Shown here: positions 39,810 through 49,261 of the stretch, one piece after another | Position numbering within the stretch: the stretch's first letter is position 1 | Layout: each line of letters begins with the position of its first letter | Assembly: GCA_965226495.1 (NCBI GenBank) | Contig: OZ245365.1 | Location: forward strand, 6,144,001 to 6,208,000 | Source of the DNA: Candidatus Marinacidobacterales bacterium | Lineage (GTDB): Bacteria; Acidobacteriota; Vicinamibacteria; Marinacidobacterales; DATDRI01 | DNA length: 64,000 bases | Direction: 5' to 3' | Translations under genes and position numbers: made by a program | Notes under the pieces: generated by a model | What the model was told of the DNA's origin: nothing | The model's database searches: none | Seen by the model: only the letters and a program-made list of their open reading frames with translations

Positions 39810-40272
39810 CTTGTCCTTTTTGAAGCTCCCCCGCGAGATGCCGGATCCGAAGATCCGCCTCCCGTAACCGGCGCACGAACTCTTTGAGTACTTCGAACGC
39901 GATCTCCGGATAGTCGTGGACCGCGGTCCGGAAATCGCTCTTGTGAAGGACTAACAACACGGATTCTTCCGCCGCGCGCGCCGACGCCGAGCGCGGCTGC
40001 TCATCAATAAGGGCCATCTCACCGAAGTACCCTCCGGCACGCACCGAGTCGAGAATGTGCTCGCGGCCAGCGGTGTCGTGGTAGATGACGACCTTTCCCG
40101 AGTGGACCACGTACATCTCCTCACCGAGCTCGTGCTCGGCGAACACTAACTCGCCCTTGGAGATCGCTTTCTCACGGACCGATTCGGCGATTCGTTTCAA
40201 GCCTTCACCGTGGACGCTAGCGAACAGAGGAATCCGCTTGAGAGTGATGATCAGATCCATCACCGAAAGCAT
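39796..40272 (-). CDS. Stand-alone cyclic-nucleotide-binding domain protein
   Basis: LKRIPLF, GEEMYVVHSG, FGEMALIDEQPRSASA phosphate-binding cassette; no HTH; overlaps the start of the transporter gene. Confidence 0.88.
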   Translation of the reverse strand: MLSVMDLIITLKRIPLFASVHGEGLKRIAESVREKAISKGELVFAEHELGEEMYVVHSGKVVIYHDTAGREHILDSVRAGGYFGEMALIDEQPRSASARAAEESVLLVLHKSDFRTAVHDYPEIAFEVLKEFVRRLREADLRIRHLAGELQKGQVETT

Positions 40273-40288
40273 GCGGGAGCTTTCTCCT

Positions 40289-40323
40289 GCCCTCACCCCA
40301 CCCTCTCCCAGCGCGAGAGGGAG
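40289..40323. repeat. CCCTCTCCC/GGGAGAGGG palindromic REP-like element (copy 2)
   Basis: GCCCTCACCCCACCCTCTCCCAGCGCGAGAGGGAG, a reverse-orientation relative of 30331-30366. Confidence 0.55.
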
Positions 40324-40616
40324 TGAAACAAGAAAGCCATCTTCGATCGTATTCGTCTTGGCTGAGCCGTTGGGGCGCCCGGTCGCGGCCCTTATAGTAT
40401 CAGCGATCCACGATCTACGGGCACCGTCCAAACCTCATCACTGGCGCATGTTGCGAGACTCTGTCGGGCTTGTTGGGCTTTTACTACCCAGACGTGGGCA
40501 ACGCCCCCCGGGGTCGCTAAAAAGGAATCAGCAGGATTTCCCCCCCGCTTTCGCGCTAACTCGCTGAATTTTAGCTGGTTAACGAAACCAGAATAAAACG
40601 CGAGAAAGGGCTCTGG

Positions 40617-40633
40617 CCGGCACAACCCTTGCT
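40617..40633 (+). promoter_or_regulatory. sigma54 -24/-12 promoter for EAL gene 2
   Basis: CCGGCACAACCCTTGCT: GG-N10-GC with GGCAC and TTGCT. Confidence 0.65.
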
Positions 40634-40650
40634 CATATACACATGCTGGT

Positions 40651-42147
40651 GTGGCGCACGCTCACCAAAAGGGGGTCCACTTCGTGTCATCAACCAAAGA
40701 AACCAACAAGGCCGACCACGCGGACAACCCGACGAACGGGCGAGCGCGGGAGGCAAACGCAAAGGTAATCGCGTCGATTTTCAACCCGCCATCGAGCCCT
40801 AACGTCTCCCCTCCGGCAGAGACTCGCCGAGAGGAGAGCCATCACGAACCCAAGGCGGTTCTGGTTGACTCTGAAGTCGCGACCTACCGTGAGAAGTTCG
40901 ACGAGATTAAGGAGATGCTGGTCCAGAATCGATCTCTCGCTCTTCTGTACATCGATGCATCGAGACTATCCCAGATCGAGCACGATTACGGGAGCCAGAT
41001 CTACGAGGAGGTTCTGCAGCTGGTCACCAAGCTCATTCTCGACATGCGCGGCATGCAGACTCGTCAGGACGACCTGGTCACGGTCAATGAAAAGCACGGC
41101 GATGTCTTTCTGATCTTTCTATCCAAGAAACGCGAAGAGAAGCCGTTCGGCAAGGGCGATCTGGAACATCTTGCGGACCGCATTCATTCCTACCTGAGTA
41201 AGCGCATCTACCGAATGACGTGCTCTTATCTACGCAGTCGACCCAAACTGGGGATTGGATACGGCCTCGTTCTGCACAACCCGCTCATCAAAGAAGAACG
41301 GCTCATCCTCAAAGTGATCGACGACGCGCGGAAGATGGCCAAGTTCCAAGCTTACCGGGTGGAAGTGAAGAACAAGGAGATTCTTCAAGAGATCATCCTC
41401 AAGGAAGACGTGCAGACCGTCTTCCAGCCGATCGTGAACATGCAAGACCGGTCGATCGTGGGTTACGAGGCGTTGACCAGAGGTCCGAAAGGGACCGAGT
41501 TCGAGAGTCCTTACACGCTTTTCGATATCGCGACCGAATCGGACCTGCTGTTCGAGCTCGACCGATTGTGCCGTCGCAAGGCCTTGATCAACGCGTCGAA
41601 CCTCGAGTCACCCTACAAGCTTTTCGTCAACACGCTGCCCATGACCATTCGCGATCCCGAGTTCCAGGGGCAGCTAATGGTCGAGTTCCTGAAGGGACTG
41701 GACCTCGCTCCGTCACGTATCGTTTTGGAGATCACCGAGCGGTTGGCGATCGACAACTACAGTCTCTTCTTGGAAGCGATGAACTACTTCACAGATGTTG
41801 GTTTCGCAGTGGCGGTGGACGACATGGGTGCCGGCTATTCGGGCCTTGAGAAGATCGTCCACCTGAAGCCCAACTACTTGAAGTTCGATCTTCTGATGGT
41901 TCGCGACATCGACACCAGCTTCGTCAAACGAGAGATGCTGAAGGCGATTCTCTCGCTCGCCGAGAAGGTCAAGGCCAGCGTCATCGCTGAGGGCGTCGAG
42001 ACCCAGGAAGAGCTCAATACTCTCCTGGACCTGGGTATTACCTACGGTCAGGGGTTCTTCTTTGCTCGGCCCGAGCCCGGTTTCGCTCACCAACAGCCGG
42101 GAGGGTTGGCGGTCGAAACGAATCGGATCGTTACTCCCACCGAATAG
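40651..42147 (+). CDS. Degenerate-GGDEF + EAL c-di-GMP phosphodiesterase (paralog 2)
   Basis: EALTRG, FVN, EITE, DDMGAGYS, KFD, AEGVE, QG. The GGDEF site reads HGDVF. True start may be GTG 40684 or later. Confidence 0.88.
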   Translation: MAHAHQKGVHFVSSTKETNKADHADNPTNGRAREANAKVIASIFNPPSSPNVSPPAETRREESHHEPKAVLVDSEVATYREKFDEIKEMLVQNRSLALLYIDASRLSQIEHDYGSQIYEEVLQLVTKLILDMRGMQTRQDDLVTVNEKHGDVFLIFLSKKREEKPFGKGDLEHLADRIHSYLSKRIYRMTCSYLRSRPKLGIGYGLVLHNPLIKEERLILKVIDDARKMAKFQAYRVEVKNKEILQEIILKEDVQTVFQPIVNMQDRSIVGYEALTRGPKGTEFESPYTLFDIATESDLLFELDRLCRRKALINASNLESPYKLFVNTLPMTIRDPEFQGQLMVEFLKGLDLAPSRIVLEITERLAIDNYSLFLEAMNYFTDVGFAVAVDDMGAGYSGLEKIVHLKPNYLKFDLLMVRDIDTSFVKREMLKAILSLAEKVKASVIAEGVETQEELNTLLDLGITYGQGFFFARPEPGFAHQQPGGLAVETNRIVTPTE

Positions 42148-42202
42148 CTCCTTCCCTTCATCTCACCTTGCCAACTTCCCGGTAGGGAACTACTCTTCCG
42201 GT

Positions 42203-43936
42203 GTGGTAACCAATCGAGACATCGGTAAAATTCTCCGTGAGATCTCGGCCTACCTCGAGATGGAAGGAGTAGGGTTCAAGCCTCGAGCCTACGAGAAGGC
42301 TGCCGATGCAGTCGAGGCCACGGAAGAGCCGGTTTCGAAGCTCTTCGTAGAAGGCGGGGTCAAGGGGGTCGCAACCGTTCCCGGAGTCGGCAAATCGATC
42401 GCCGAGAAGATTGCCGAGTTCATCGAGACCGGTAAGGTCGGCTACCTCGAAGAGATGAGGTCGCGGCGTCCCGTCGATTTGATGGAGCTCGCCGTCATCG
42501 AAGGAGTCGGCCCTAAGACGGTCGGGATGCTCTATGACGCCCTCGGTGTCCGCACCCTCGACGATCTGGAGCGGGTCGCCCGCGAAGGAAGGGTCCGGCC
42601 GCTTCGTGGTTTCGGCGAGAAAAGCGAGCAGGAGATTCTGCGGGGGCTTGCCTTTCTCAAACAACATCGGGGCCGATTTCCACTCGGTGAAGTACTCCCG
42701 CTCGCCTACTCCATCGAGCAGCGTTTGCGAGAACTAGAAGGAGTCGACAACGTGACGGTGGCAGGGAGTGTCCTTCGCCGGAAGGAGACGGTAGGGGATG
42801 CCGATGTCCTAGTGGTTTCGCGCGATTCCGAAAGAGTAATGGATTTTTTCGTAGAGATGTCGGAGGTTGCCCACGTTTACGGAAAGGGACCGACCAAGAG
42901 CAGCGTACGCCTAGAGAACGGTCTGGACGTGGATTTGCGTGTGGTCCCCGCCAAGAGTTTCGGCGCTGCTCTCAACTACTTCACGGGGAGCAAAGCGCAC
43001 AACGTCCAACTCAGACGGATCGCGCAGAAGCGGGGGTTGAAGCTCAACGAGTACGGCCTCTTCAAAGGCACCAAGGCCGTGGCCGGCAAGACCGAGGAAG
43101 ATCTTTACCGAGCGCTCGATCTTCCTTTCATCCCTCCCGAACTGCGTGAAGACCGAGGCGAGATCGAAGCCGCGTGCGAAGGGCGCTTGCCTAAACTCAT
43201 CGGCTACGGAGAACTGAAAGGCGATCTGCAAACGCAGACTGATTGGACCGACGGGAAACACTCGATCGAGGACATGGTCAGCGCGGCGCTGGCTAACGGC
43301 TTGGAGTACATCGCGATCACCGACCACACAATCAGCCTGGCGATGATGGGAATGGATGAGACCAAGCTGGCCAAGCAGATGGAGGCCATCGAAGCGATCG
43401 ACCGACGCTCACCCGGTATCCGTGTGCTGAAGGGGGCGGAGGTCAACATCATGCCGGACGGCTCTCTGGACATCGGCGACTCGTTGCTCTCTCGCTTGGA
43501 CATTGTGGGGGTGGGAGTGCACTCTCACTTCCATCAAAGCAGGGGCGAGATGACCGAACGACTCTGTCGGGCGATGCAAAACCCGCACGTGGACATCCTC
43601 TTTCACCCCACCGGCCGTGTGGTGCTGAAGCGAGATCCCTACGAGCTCGACCTCGACGAGGTACTCCGGGTAGCCAAAAAAACGGGAACGGTTCTAGAGA
43701 TCGACGCCATCCCAGATCGGTTGGATCTGAAAGACGTGCACGTCCGAAAGGCGATCGATGCCGGTGTGAAACTGGTCATCGACAGCGATGCGCACGCCAC
43801 TGCGCACTTCGGGCTTTTGCACTTCGGTGTCGCCCAGGCACGGCGTGGCTGGGCAACCGCAAAGGATATTCTGAACACACTTCCGGTTGAGGGGCTTTTG
43901 GCCTCGTTGAAGGGCGTTCGTAAGGAGCGGCGCTAA
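42203..43936 (+). CDS. polX: DNA polymerase X family with C-terminal PHP domain
   Basis: HhH PGVGKSIA and EGVGPKT, AGSVLRRKETVGDADVL, VDLR, YFTGS; PHP motifs TDH, HPTGR, DSDAH. Confidence 0.93.
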   Translation: MVTNRDIGKILREISAYLEMEGVGFKPRAYEKAADAVEATEEPVSKLFVEGGVKGVATVPGVGKSIAEKIAEFIETGKVGYLEEMRSRRPVDLMELAVIEGVGPKTVGMLYDALGVRTLDDLERVAREGRVRPLRGFGEKSEQEILRGLAFLKQHRGRFPLGEVLPLAYSIEQRLRELEGVDNVTVAGSVLRRKETVGDADVLVVSRDSERVMDFFVEMSEVAHVYGKGPTKSSVRLENGLDVDLRVVPAKSFGAALNYFTGSKAHNVQLRRIAQKRGLKLNEYGLFKGTKAVAGKTEEDLYRALDLPFIPPELREDRGEIEAACEGRLPKLIGYGELKGDLQTQTDWTDGKHSIEDMVSAALANGLEYIAITDHTISLAMMGMDETKLAKQMEAIEAIDRRSPGIRVLKGAEVNIMPDGSLDIGDSLLSRLDIVGVGVHSHFHQSRGEMTERLCRAMQNPHVDILFHPTGRVVLKRDPYELDLDEVLRVAKKTGTVLEIDAIPDRLDLKDVHVRKAIDAGVKLVIDSDAHATAHFGLLHFGVAQARRGWATAKDILNTLPVEGLLASLKGVRKERR

Positions 43937-43948
43937 ACAGGCGGGCTA

Positions 43949-44989
43949 TTAGGGTAACTGCTGCGGATCGGATCGCTGCCGGCGAGACAGTGTGCGCAAC
44001 GTCTCGAAGGGGACCGCGAGAGAGACTTCTACGCGGTTGTCGAGCGCTTGGACTTGCACGGAGTCCAGGATCGCGAGGATCTCCGGGCCCGAGCTTTGCT
44101 GGTTCATGCTTCCCATCGCAACGAGACCGCGCGCCAGGTCCGCCAATTTCATCGCCGATTCGTTATCTTCGGTAACGCCCCGAGCGGTCATCTTGAGATC
44201 GGTACCCACCCGGCCGGAAAGTGCGAAGGTTTGGAGCGGTGGGAGTTGCATCCCCTCGGTGCGCTGTTTCGCCAGCGTGCGCACCGCATCCATCGATCCC
44301 AGAATCCAAAACGTCTCCTGCCTAATCATATCGTCCATATCGTCCATATCGTCCAGCCACTCCTTTAGGAGCGCCCCGTCCGCCGCGGAGGGCTCACTCC
44401 CTCGCCCGGTGTCGAGCATAGCCTTGACGTGGTCGGGGGTACCGAAAAGACCGATGTCACGACTGGGGAATGCCATCGCGTGCCGCTCCGTGAGGCCTCG
44501 GTTTTCGGCCGGGGGAAAGAGATAAAGAGTCTCGCCTCGGTGCTCGATTCGCTCCAGTTTTATTAGGCCTTCGATCTTGGCCAGGATAGCGCTCGGATCA
44601 AACTTTCCGGTGAGCGCCAAACCCCAAGGCCTTGGACCGCCGCCGCCGGTGCCCGCGGTTGCCACTGGCCTGTTAACAGAAAAGCTCATGCTATGTAGGT
44701 CGGTACGGGGATCCACGCCTGTAAAATCTTCAAACTTCTCCAGCTGTTCGAGGTGCCCTTGCGCTTGGCGCGAGGCTTCTAATTCCTGGGCCAAAGGGCC
44801 TTCGAGCAGGGAGGCGAGGTCCACGTAGGCCACGAGTCCCGCGGAGGCAGGCATCCAGGCGGTCGCCGTCGGAAGGCCGGCCGAGCGTGCCTCCGCCCCG
44901 TCGAATCCGAGCCGTGCCATCGAGCCCAAAACGAGCCCGCCAACGACTACGCCGACAGCTAGGATGAGAAGCAATCGATAGGGCTTCAC
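43949..44989 (-). CDS. Membrane-anchored/exported hypothetical protein
   Basis: N-terminal hydrophobic helix, GGAG RBS, TGVDPRTDL motif; long open frame. Confidence 0.65.
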   Translation of the reverse strand: MKPYRLLLILAVGVVVGGLVLGSMARLGFDGAEARSAGLPTATAWMPASAGLVAYVDLASLLEGPLAQELEASRQAQGHLEQLEKFEDFTGVDPRTDLHSMSFSVNRPVATAGTGGGGPRPWGLALTGKFDPSAILAKIEGLIKLERIEHRGETLYLFPPAENRGLTERHAMAFPSRDIGLFGTPDHVKAMLDTGRGSEPSAADGALLKEWLDDMDDMDDMIRQETFWILGSMDAVRTLAKQRTEGMQLPPLQTFALSGRVGTDLKMTARGVTEDNESAMKLADLARGLVAMGSMNQQSSGPEILAILDSVQVQALDNRVEVSLAVPFETLRTLSRRQRSDPQQLP

Positions 44990-45096
44990 GATGAGACTCC
45001 TTACTTAAGAGCGCCTATTGAAAACAACGTGGATCGCCATTCCTAGGTTCCACTTGTTGTATTGAATTCCGTACTGAACTCCGTACTGATTCGTAC

Positions 45097-45903
45097 TCAA
45101 TACAGGCCGCCGCCTGGAAACTGTTTGCGCCTAAAAACCAGTATAGCGAAACCATGGCTCGCGACGCTCAGCACTATCAGAACCAGAGCCGCTTGAAGGC
45201 CGCTTTCCCGGGCGCCCAGAAATCCAGAGAGCGCCCCTTGGAAACTCTCGTGCGGAAGGAGGGATTGGAGATGGTAGGCCACAGTCAGCTTACCGACTAA
45301 CCCGGGAACGTAGGTCGCGACCGCCTGCCATCCGAAGACGAAGAGGAGGCCCACCAAGACCGGCCGTCTAAAGACGACCCCGATGGCGGCGAAGAGACCA
45401 CTGTAAGCCGCCAGTCCCAGGAGTGCGGCACCGAGATCGCGCGCCAGGACCGGAAAGTACCTTCCTACCTCCTCCCATCCGACGGGTGCCACCGCGAAGA
45501 AAAACGTGAGGACCACAGACGGTAGGAAGAGTATCGCCGCGATGGCCATGCATCCCGCCATCTTGCCCGCCAGCAGGCTGGCTCGAGACCGGGGTCTCGT
45601 TATGAGGTAAACGAGGGTCCCCGATTCCAGCTCGTCGACGAGAATCCCACTGGAATAGAAGAGAGCCAGCATGGGTGCGATGAACTGAAGCCCGACCGTA
45701 GCCGTGAGGAGCGAGAAGAAGCCGAAGCCGGTGACCGGAACGTCGAACCCCAGCGCCGAAACAGCCCTGAAGAGCAGCGCAAGCGCTGCCGGAAAGAACG
45801 CCATGGCACCCATGGCAAGGGTCCTTGGGGACCATAGGAGCCGATCGAGGCTCCATTTCGCCATCAGGATGGTGCCACCGCTTGCCCAACCCGCGTGCTT
45901 CAT
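45097..45903 (-). CDS. ABC-2 type transporter permease
   Basis: Multiple TMs; DELESGTLVYLITRP...GK motif. Confidence 0.85.
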   Translation of the reverse strand: MKHAGWASGGTILMAKWSLDRLLWSPRTLAMGAMAFFPAALALLFRAVSALGFDVPVTGFGFFSLLTATVGLQFIAPMLALFYSSGILVDELESGTLVYLITRPRSRASLLAGKMAGCMAIAAILFLPSVVLTFFFAVAPVGWEEVGRYFPVLARDLGAALLGLAAYSGLFAAIGVVFRRPVLVGLLFVFGWQAVATYVPGLVGKLTVAYHLQSLLPHESFQGALSGFLGARESGLQAALVLIVLSVASHGFAILVFRRKQFPGGGLY

Positions 45904-46817
45904 CGCTCGACCAGGTATTGGAAAACGGCTTCCAGGTTGTCGTCAGGAGAAGATAGTTCCTCTACCGGGATCCCCTCTTTCGAGACCAGTTCGGTCAGAG
46001 AGCGGTAAAAGTGGTCCGGCTCGAGCGTCTGCAGTCTCACTTCTCGATCCTCTTCCGAAAAAGAAATGGTGTGAATTCCCTCGAGCGCGATGAGCCGGGC
46101 CGCAAGCTGCTTGGGCTGCGGTGTGGAGATGAGAATGCGGTGGGGGTGTCCATCCATCAGCCTCCGGATCTCGTGTACGTTTCCGCTCGCCAGCACTCGT
46201 CCCCGACTAACGAGGACGATCTCTTGGGTCATCATCTCGACGTCGTGAAGGACATGGCTGGAGACTAAGACCGTCCGCCCCTGCTCGCCCCAACGCCGGA
46301 TCCAATCGATCATTTGCCGGCGGCCTCCGGGGTCGAACCCGGAGAGAGGTTCATCCAACACGAGCAACTCGGGCTCGTGAGCGATCGCCTGTGCAAACTT
46401 GAGTCTCTGGCGCATTCCTTTGCTGTACGTGGCGATCGGTCGATCGGCCATTTCCTGAAGCCCCACTGTCTCCAAAGTTTCCTCGCTTTTGCGGGCCGCT
46501 TCTACGGAGCCGAGTCCCTGGAGCCGCAATAAGAACCCTAGCCAGTCCCTTCCTCGAACTCCCGAAGGAAAACCGTCTTCTTCCGGAACGAGACCCCATC
46601 GAGCGGCGACACGAGGATTCGCGAAAGGGTCCTCTCCCAGCACCGTCAGCTCCCCGGAGCTCGGTCGAATCTGCCCGGTGATGAGTCGCATTAGGGTGGA
46701 CTTGCCCGCTCCATTTGGGCCCAGAAGCGCGGTGACTCCTGGCCCCAAGGAGAGATCGATCCGGCTCACGCCCAGAACCGATCCGAACCACCGCGAAACG
46801 GTGCGCAGTTGGATCAT
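45900..46817 (-). CDS. ABC transporter ATP-binding protein
   Basis: GPNGAGKST, YSKGMRQR, LVLDEP, SSH; ATG overlaps the upstream stop. Confidence 0.92.
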   Translation of the reverse strand: MIQLRTVSRWFGSVLGVSRIDLSLGPGVTALLGPNGAGKSTLMRLITGQIRPSSGELTVLGEDPFANPRVAARWGLVPEEDGFPSGVRGRDWLGFLLRLQGLGSVEAARKSEETLETVGLQEMADRPIATYSKGMRQRLKFAQAIAHEPELLVLDEPLSGFDPGGRRQMIDWIRRWGEQGRTVLVSSHVLHDVEMMTQEIVLVSRGRVLASGNVHEIRRLMDGHPHRILISTPQPKQLAARLIALEGIHTISFSEEDREVRLQTLEPDHFYRSLTELVSKEGIPVEELSSPDDNLEAVFQYLVER

Positions 46818-47650
46818 GAGCGTATTCCCAGGGAGCGAAGCCGGCGACTCATCAAGAGGACCGCCGCCGCCATGAGTGCCGCCATAGTGAGAAGCGATAG
46901 ATAGGACGTGGAACCGCCCCCAAAAAATACGCGCGCCGCGTCGACGGCGGCGCCGACGATGGACAAAAACGGAGGCACGTCGCCGAAAGTTAGGCGGGAC
47001 GCCGCCTGGTAGGCGAAATGGCTTCCCATGGCTACGAGAACGAACCCGGCAGCTGCCAACCTCCCGCTGCGCGTCAGGCTGGATATCGCCACCACGACGA
47101 GACTGAAGTAGGTCGCCACGCATCCGCTGTACGCGAATACCGATAGGGGAAGCCAGGGGGAGTCACGAAGAAGACTCAGATCATCCGCCAGCGCGATGTG
47201 AAGGCAGAGGAGTGCCAGAGCGGGAACAAGGGTAATGCTCAGCAAGGAGAAAAACACTGGCAAGATCTTTCCGAGAAGGTAGCCGGTTCGGGAAAGAGGC
47301 TTCGACAAATAGATGACGAGTGCTCCCGACCGGAGATCGGAAGCAATGGCGCCGGAGCCGGCGTAGAGTGCGATGAGGACGACGGGAAGAAGAGAGATCT
47401 GTTGGGTGAGAAAGCTTGCCCAGAGCTCGGGGCTAACCTGTAACCATTCTCCCGCCTGAGGAAACTGTCGCGCGGCGTAGATTTGTCCTCCTCGGATGAC
47501 GGCCGGGACCCAGGCGAGGGCCAGGAGGAACAAAAAGCGGCGCTGTTTGAGCAGCCGCCCGACTCCGTTTCGCACCAGGGCCCAACTTCTCATCCATCCT
47601 TTCGTCCGCGTTCCATCGAAGCGTCGATATGAAGGCTCGTAGACAGGCAT
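46814..47650 (-). CDS. ABC-2 type transporter permease
   Basis: Multiple TMs; DLRSGALVIYLSKPLSRTGYLLGK motif. Confidence 0.85.
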   Translation of the reverse strand: MPVYEPSYRRFDGTRTKGWMRSWALVRNGVGRLLKQRRFLFLLALAWVPAVIRGGQIYAARQFPQAGEWLQVSPELWASFLTQQISLLPVVLIALYAGSGAIASDLRSGALVIYLSKPLSRTGYLLGKILPVFFSLLSITLVPALALLCLHIALADDLSLLRDSPWLPLSVFAYSGCVATYFSLVVVAISSLTRSGRLAAAGFVLVAMGSHFAYQAASRLTFGDVPPFLSIVGAAVDAARVFFGGGSTSYLSLLTMAALMAAAVLLMSRRLRSLGIRS

Positions 47651-47652
47651 AC

Positions 47653-48576
47653 TCAGGTTCGCTGGTCCACAGCTGCGAGGAAGAGTTCTTCCAAGCTCGA
47701 TTCGAAGCGTCGAAGGTATCGGAGCTCTGCACCGGTGGCAAGAGCGGTCTCGAATAAAATTCGACCGTCCGCCTCCGGAAGGGAGATACGGAACAAACCG
47801 TCCTTTCCGGCGACGGGCTCCAAGCCTCGCGCGGCGAGCGCCGCCGCGAAACGCCCGGGTTCTTCCTCACGTACCCGCGCCTCATAGACCCAACCAGGTG
47901 CTTTCTTGAGCGAGCGGAGATCGCCCGATAGAACGAGCCTCCCCTTCTTCAGGGCTACGACGCGATCGCAAACCGCTTCGACGTCATGGAGGAAATGGGT
48001 GGAAAGGAGCACCGAGATTCCATGGTCGCGGCTCAATTGTCGGATGAGCTCGAACAGGTGGCGCCGGCCGGCTGGGTCGGTACCGCTGGTGGGTTCGTCT
48101 AGAAGGAGGAGATCTGGATCGTGAACCAACGCCGTGGCCAGCTTGGTTCGTTGGAGCATGCCGGTAGAAAAGGAGTCGATCATCCGGTAACGCGCCTCGC
48201 CGAGGCCGGCAAAGGTAAGGACATCGTGTGCGCGCTCGAGGGCGCTCCATCTTGGCAAACCTCCAGCTTCGCCGGCGAGCGCCACCGATTCGACAGCCGA
48301 GAGCTCGGGAATAAAGGCTTTTTGCTCTGGAAGATAGCCGATTCTGGTTCGTGACTCCGTTCGGTGGGGGTTCACGCGCTCCCCGAGCACGTCTGCATAT
48401 CCCTCCGCTGGCTCGATAAAACCGAGCAGGGTCTTCAGAAATGTGCTCTTGCCGGCACCGTTCGGCCCGAGCAATCCAACCACACCGGGGGGGATGGCGA
48501 CGCTCAGTGAATCCAAAGCGGTCCGGTGTCCGTACCGCACGGTGAGATTCTGAGTCTGGATTAAGGGTTGTCCCAT
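47653..48576 (-). CDS. ABC transporter ATP-binding protein
   Basis: GPNGAGKST, FSTGMLQR, LLLDEP, STH. Confidence 0.92.
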   Translation of the reverse strand: MGQPLIQTQNLTVRYGHRTALDSLSVAIPPGVVGLLGPNGAGKSTFLKTLLGFIEPAEGYADVLGERVNPHRTESRTRIGYLPEQKAFIPELSAVESVALAGEAGGLPRWSALERAHDVLTFAGLGEARYRMIDSFSTGMLQRTKLATALVHDPDLLLLDEPTSGTDPAGRRHLFELIRQLSRDHGISVLLSTHFLHDVEAVCDRVVALKKGRLVLSGDLRSLKKAPGWVYEARVREEEPGRFAAALAARGLEPVAGKDGLFRISLPEADGRILFETALATGAELRYLRRFESSLEELFLAAVDQRT

Positions 48577-48677
48577 CGAATCTTCAATGGTTAACGAGTT
48601 TCCGGGTCCGGGAGTTCCGACCGTATGGACGCTTCCCCGGTTCGGGCGTACAATAGATCAAATCTCAAAAGGGGAAA

Positions 48678-49058
48678 ATGAGGGTCGCGTCCAATCTTCG
48701 TTCAGAGCGTGGAGAGATCCGTCTGCGTTCCCTTTTCGAGCTAGCTCTTGTCTTCTTGATTGCCTACGCCGCCATCCAAGTGGGGCCGGCGGTGGTGTTG
48801 CGTCTCAAGTTTGTCGATGAAATGGCGGTGGCGGCGAACTCGCACATAGAGATGACCGAGGGTACGATCCATAGCAATCTTATGGAGACGGCGGCGGGAT
48901 TCGGCATCACGCTTTTTGCTGATGACCTATATGTCAGCCGCAACCAAAAAATGCGGAAGACGTTCGTCACTGCCACCTACGAGATACACATCAACTTCTG
49001 GCCCAACTACATGTACGTGTGGTTGGTTCGTGATGATATCCAAGCGGCATATTTTTAG
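48678..49058 (+). CDS. Small pilin-like hypothetical protein (single N-terminal TM)
   Basis: SERG|EIRL followed by a hydrophobic helix; GGGG RBS; resembles the DUF4845 layout. Confidence 0.55.
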   Translation: MRVASNLRSERGEIRLRSLFELALVFLIAYAAIQVGPAVVLRLKFVDEMAVAANSHIEMTEGTIHSNLMETAAGFGITLFADDLYVSRNQKMRKTFVTATYEIHINFWPNYMYVWLVRDDIQAAYF

Positions 49059-49087
49059 TATTAACTAGCTTGTTGGTGCCCCACCCG

Positions 49088-49132
49088 CCGCCTGGCTAGC
49101 TCCGGTCGAAGCAACCGCGTAATTTGACGGCC
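49088..49132 (+). repeat. Dispersed ~43-45 bp intergenic motif (copy 2)
   Basis: CCGCCTGGC-N14-GCAAC-N6-ATTTGACGGCC. Confidence 0.45.
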
Positions 49133-49261
49133 GACATCCGCTCGCTCTTCGCTCGCGCCTAAAACCACGGCCAGGTTCCCTTGCGCCGTATCTCAATTTC
49201 AATTCCTCCTCGGCGGCGGGCCTTCGGCCCGTTAGTTTCGCCAGCGCTGCGGGCGTCTATT

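Noticed and set aside
44327-44353. 9-bp x3 repeat encoding DDMDDMDDM
   Set aside because: In-frame microduplication with no effect on the reading frame.
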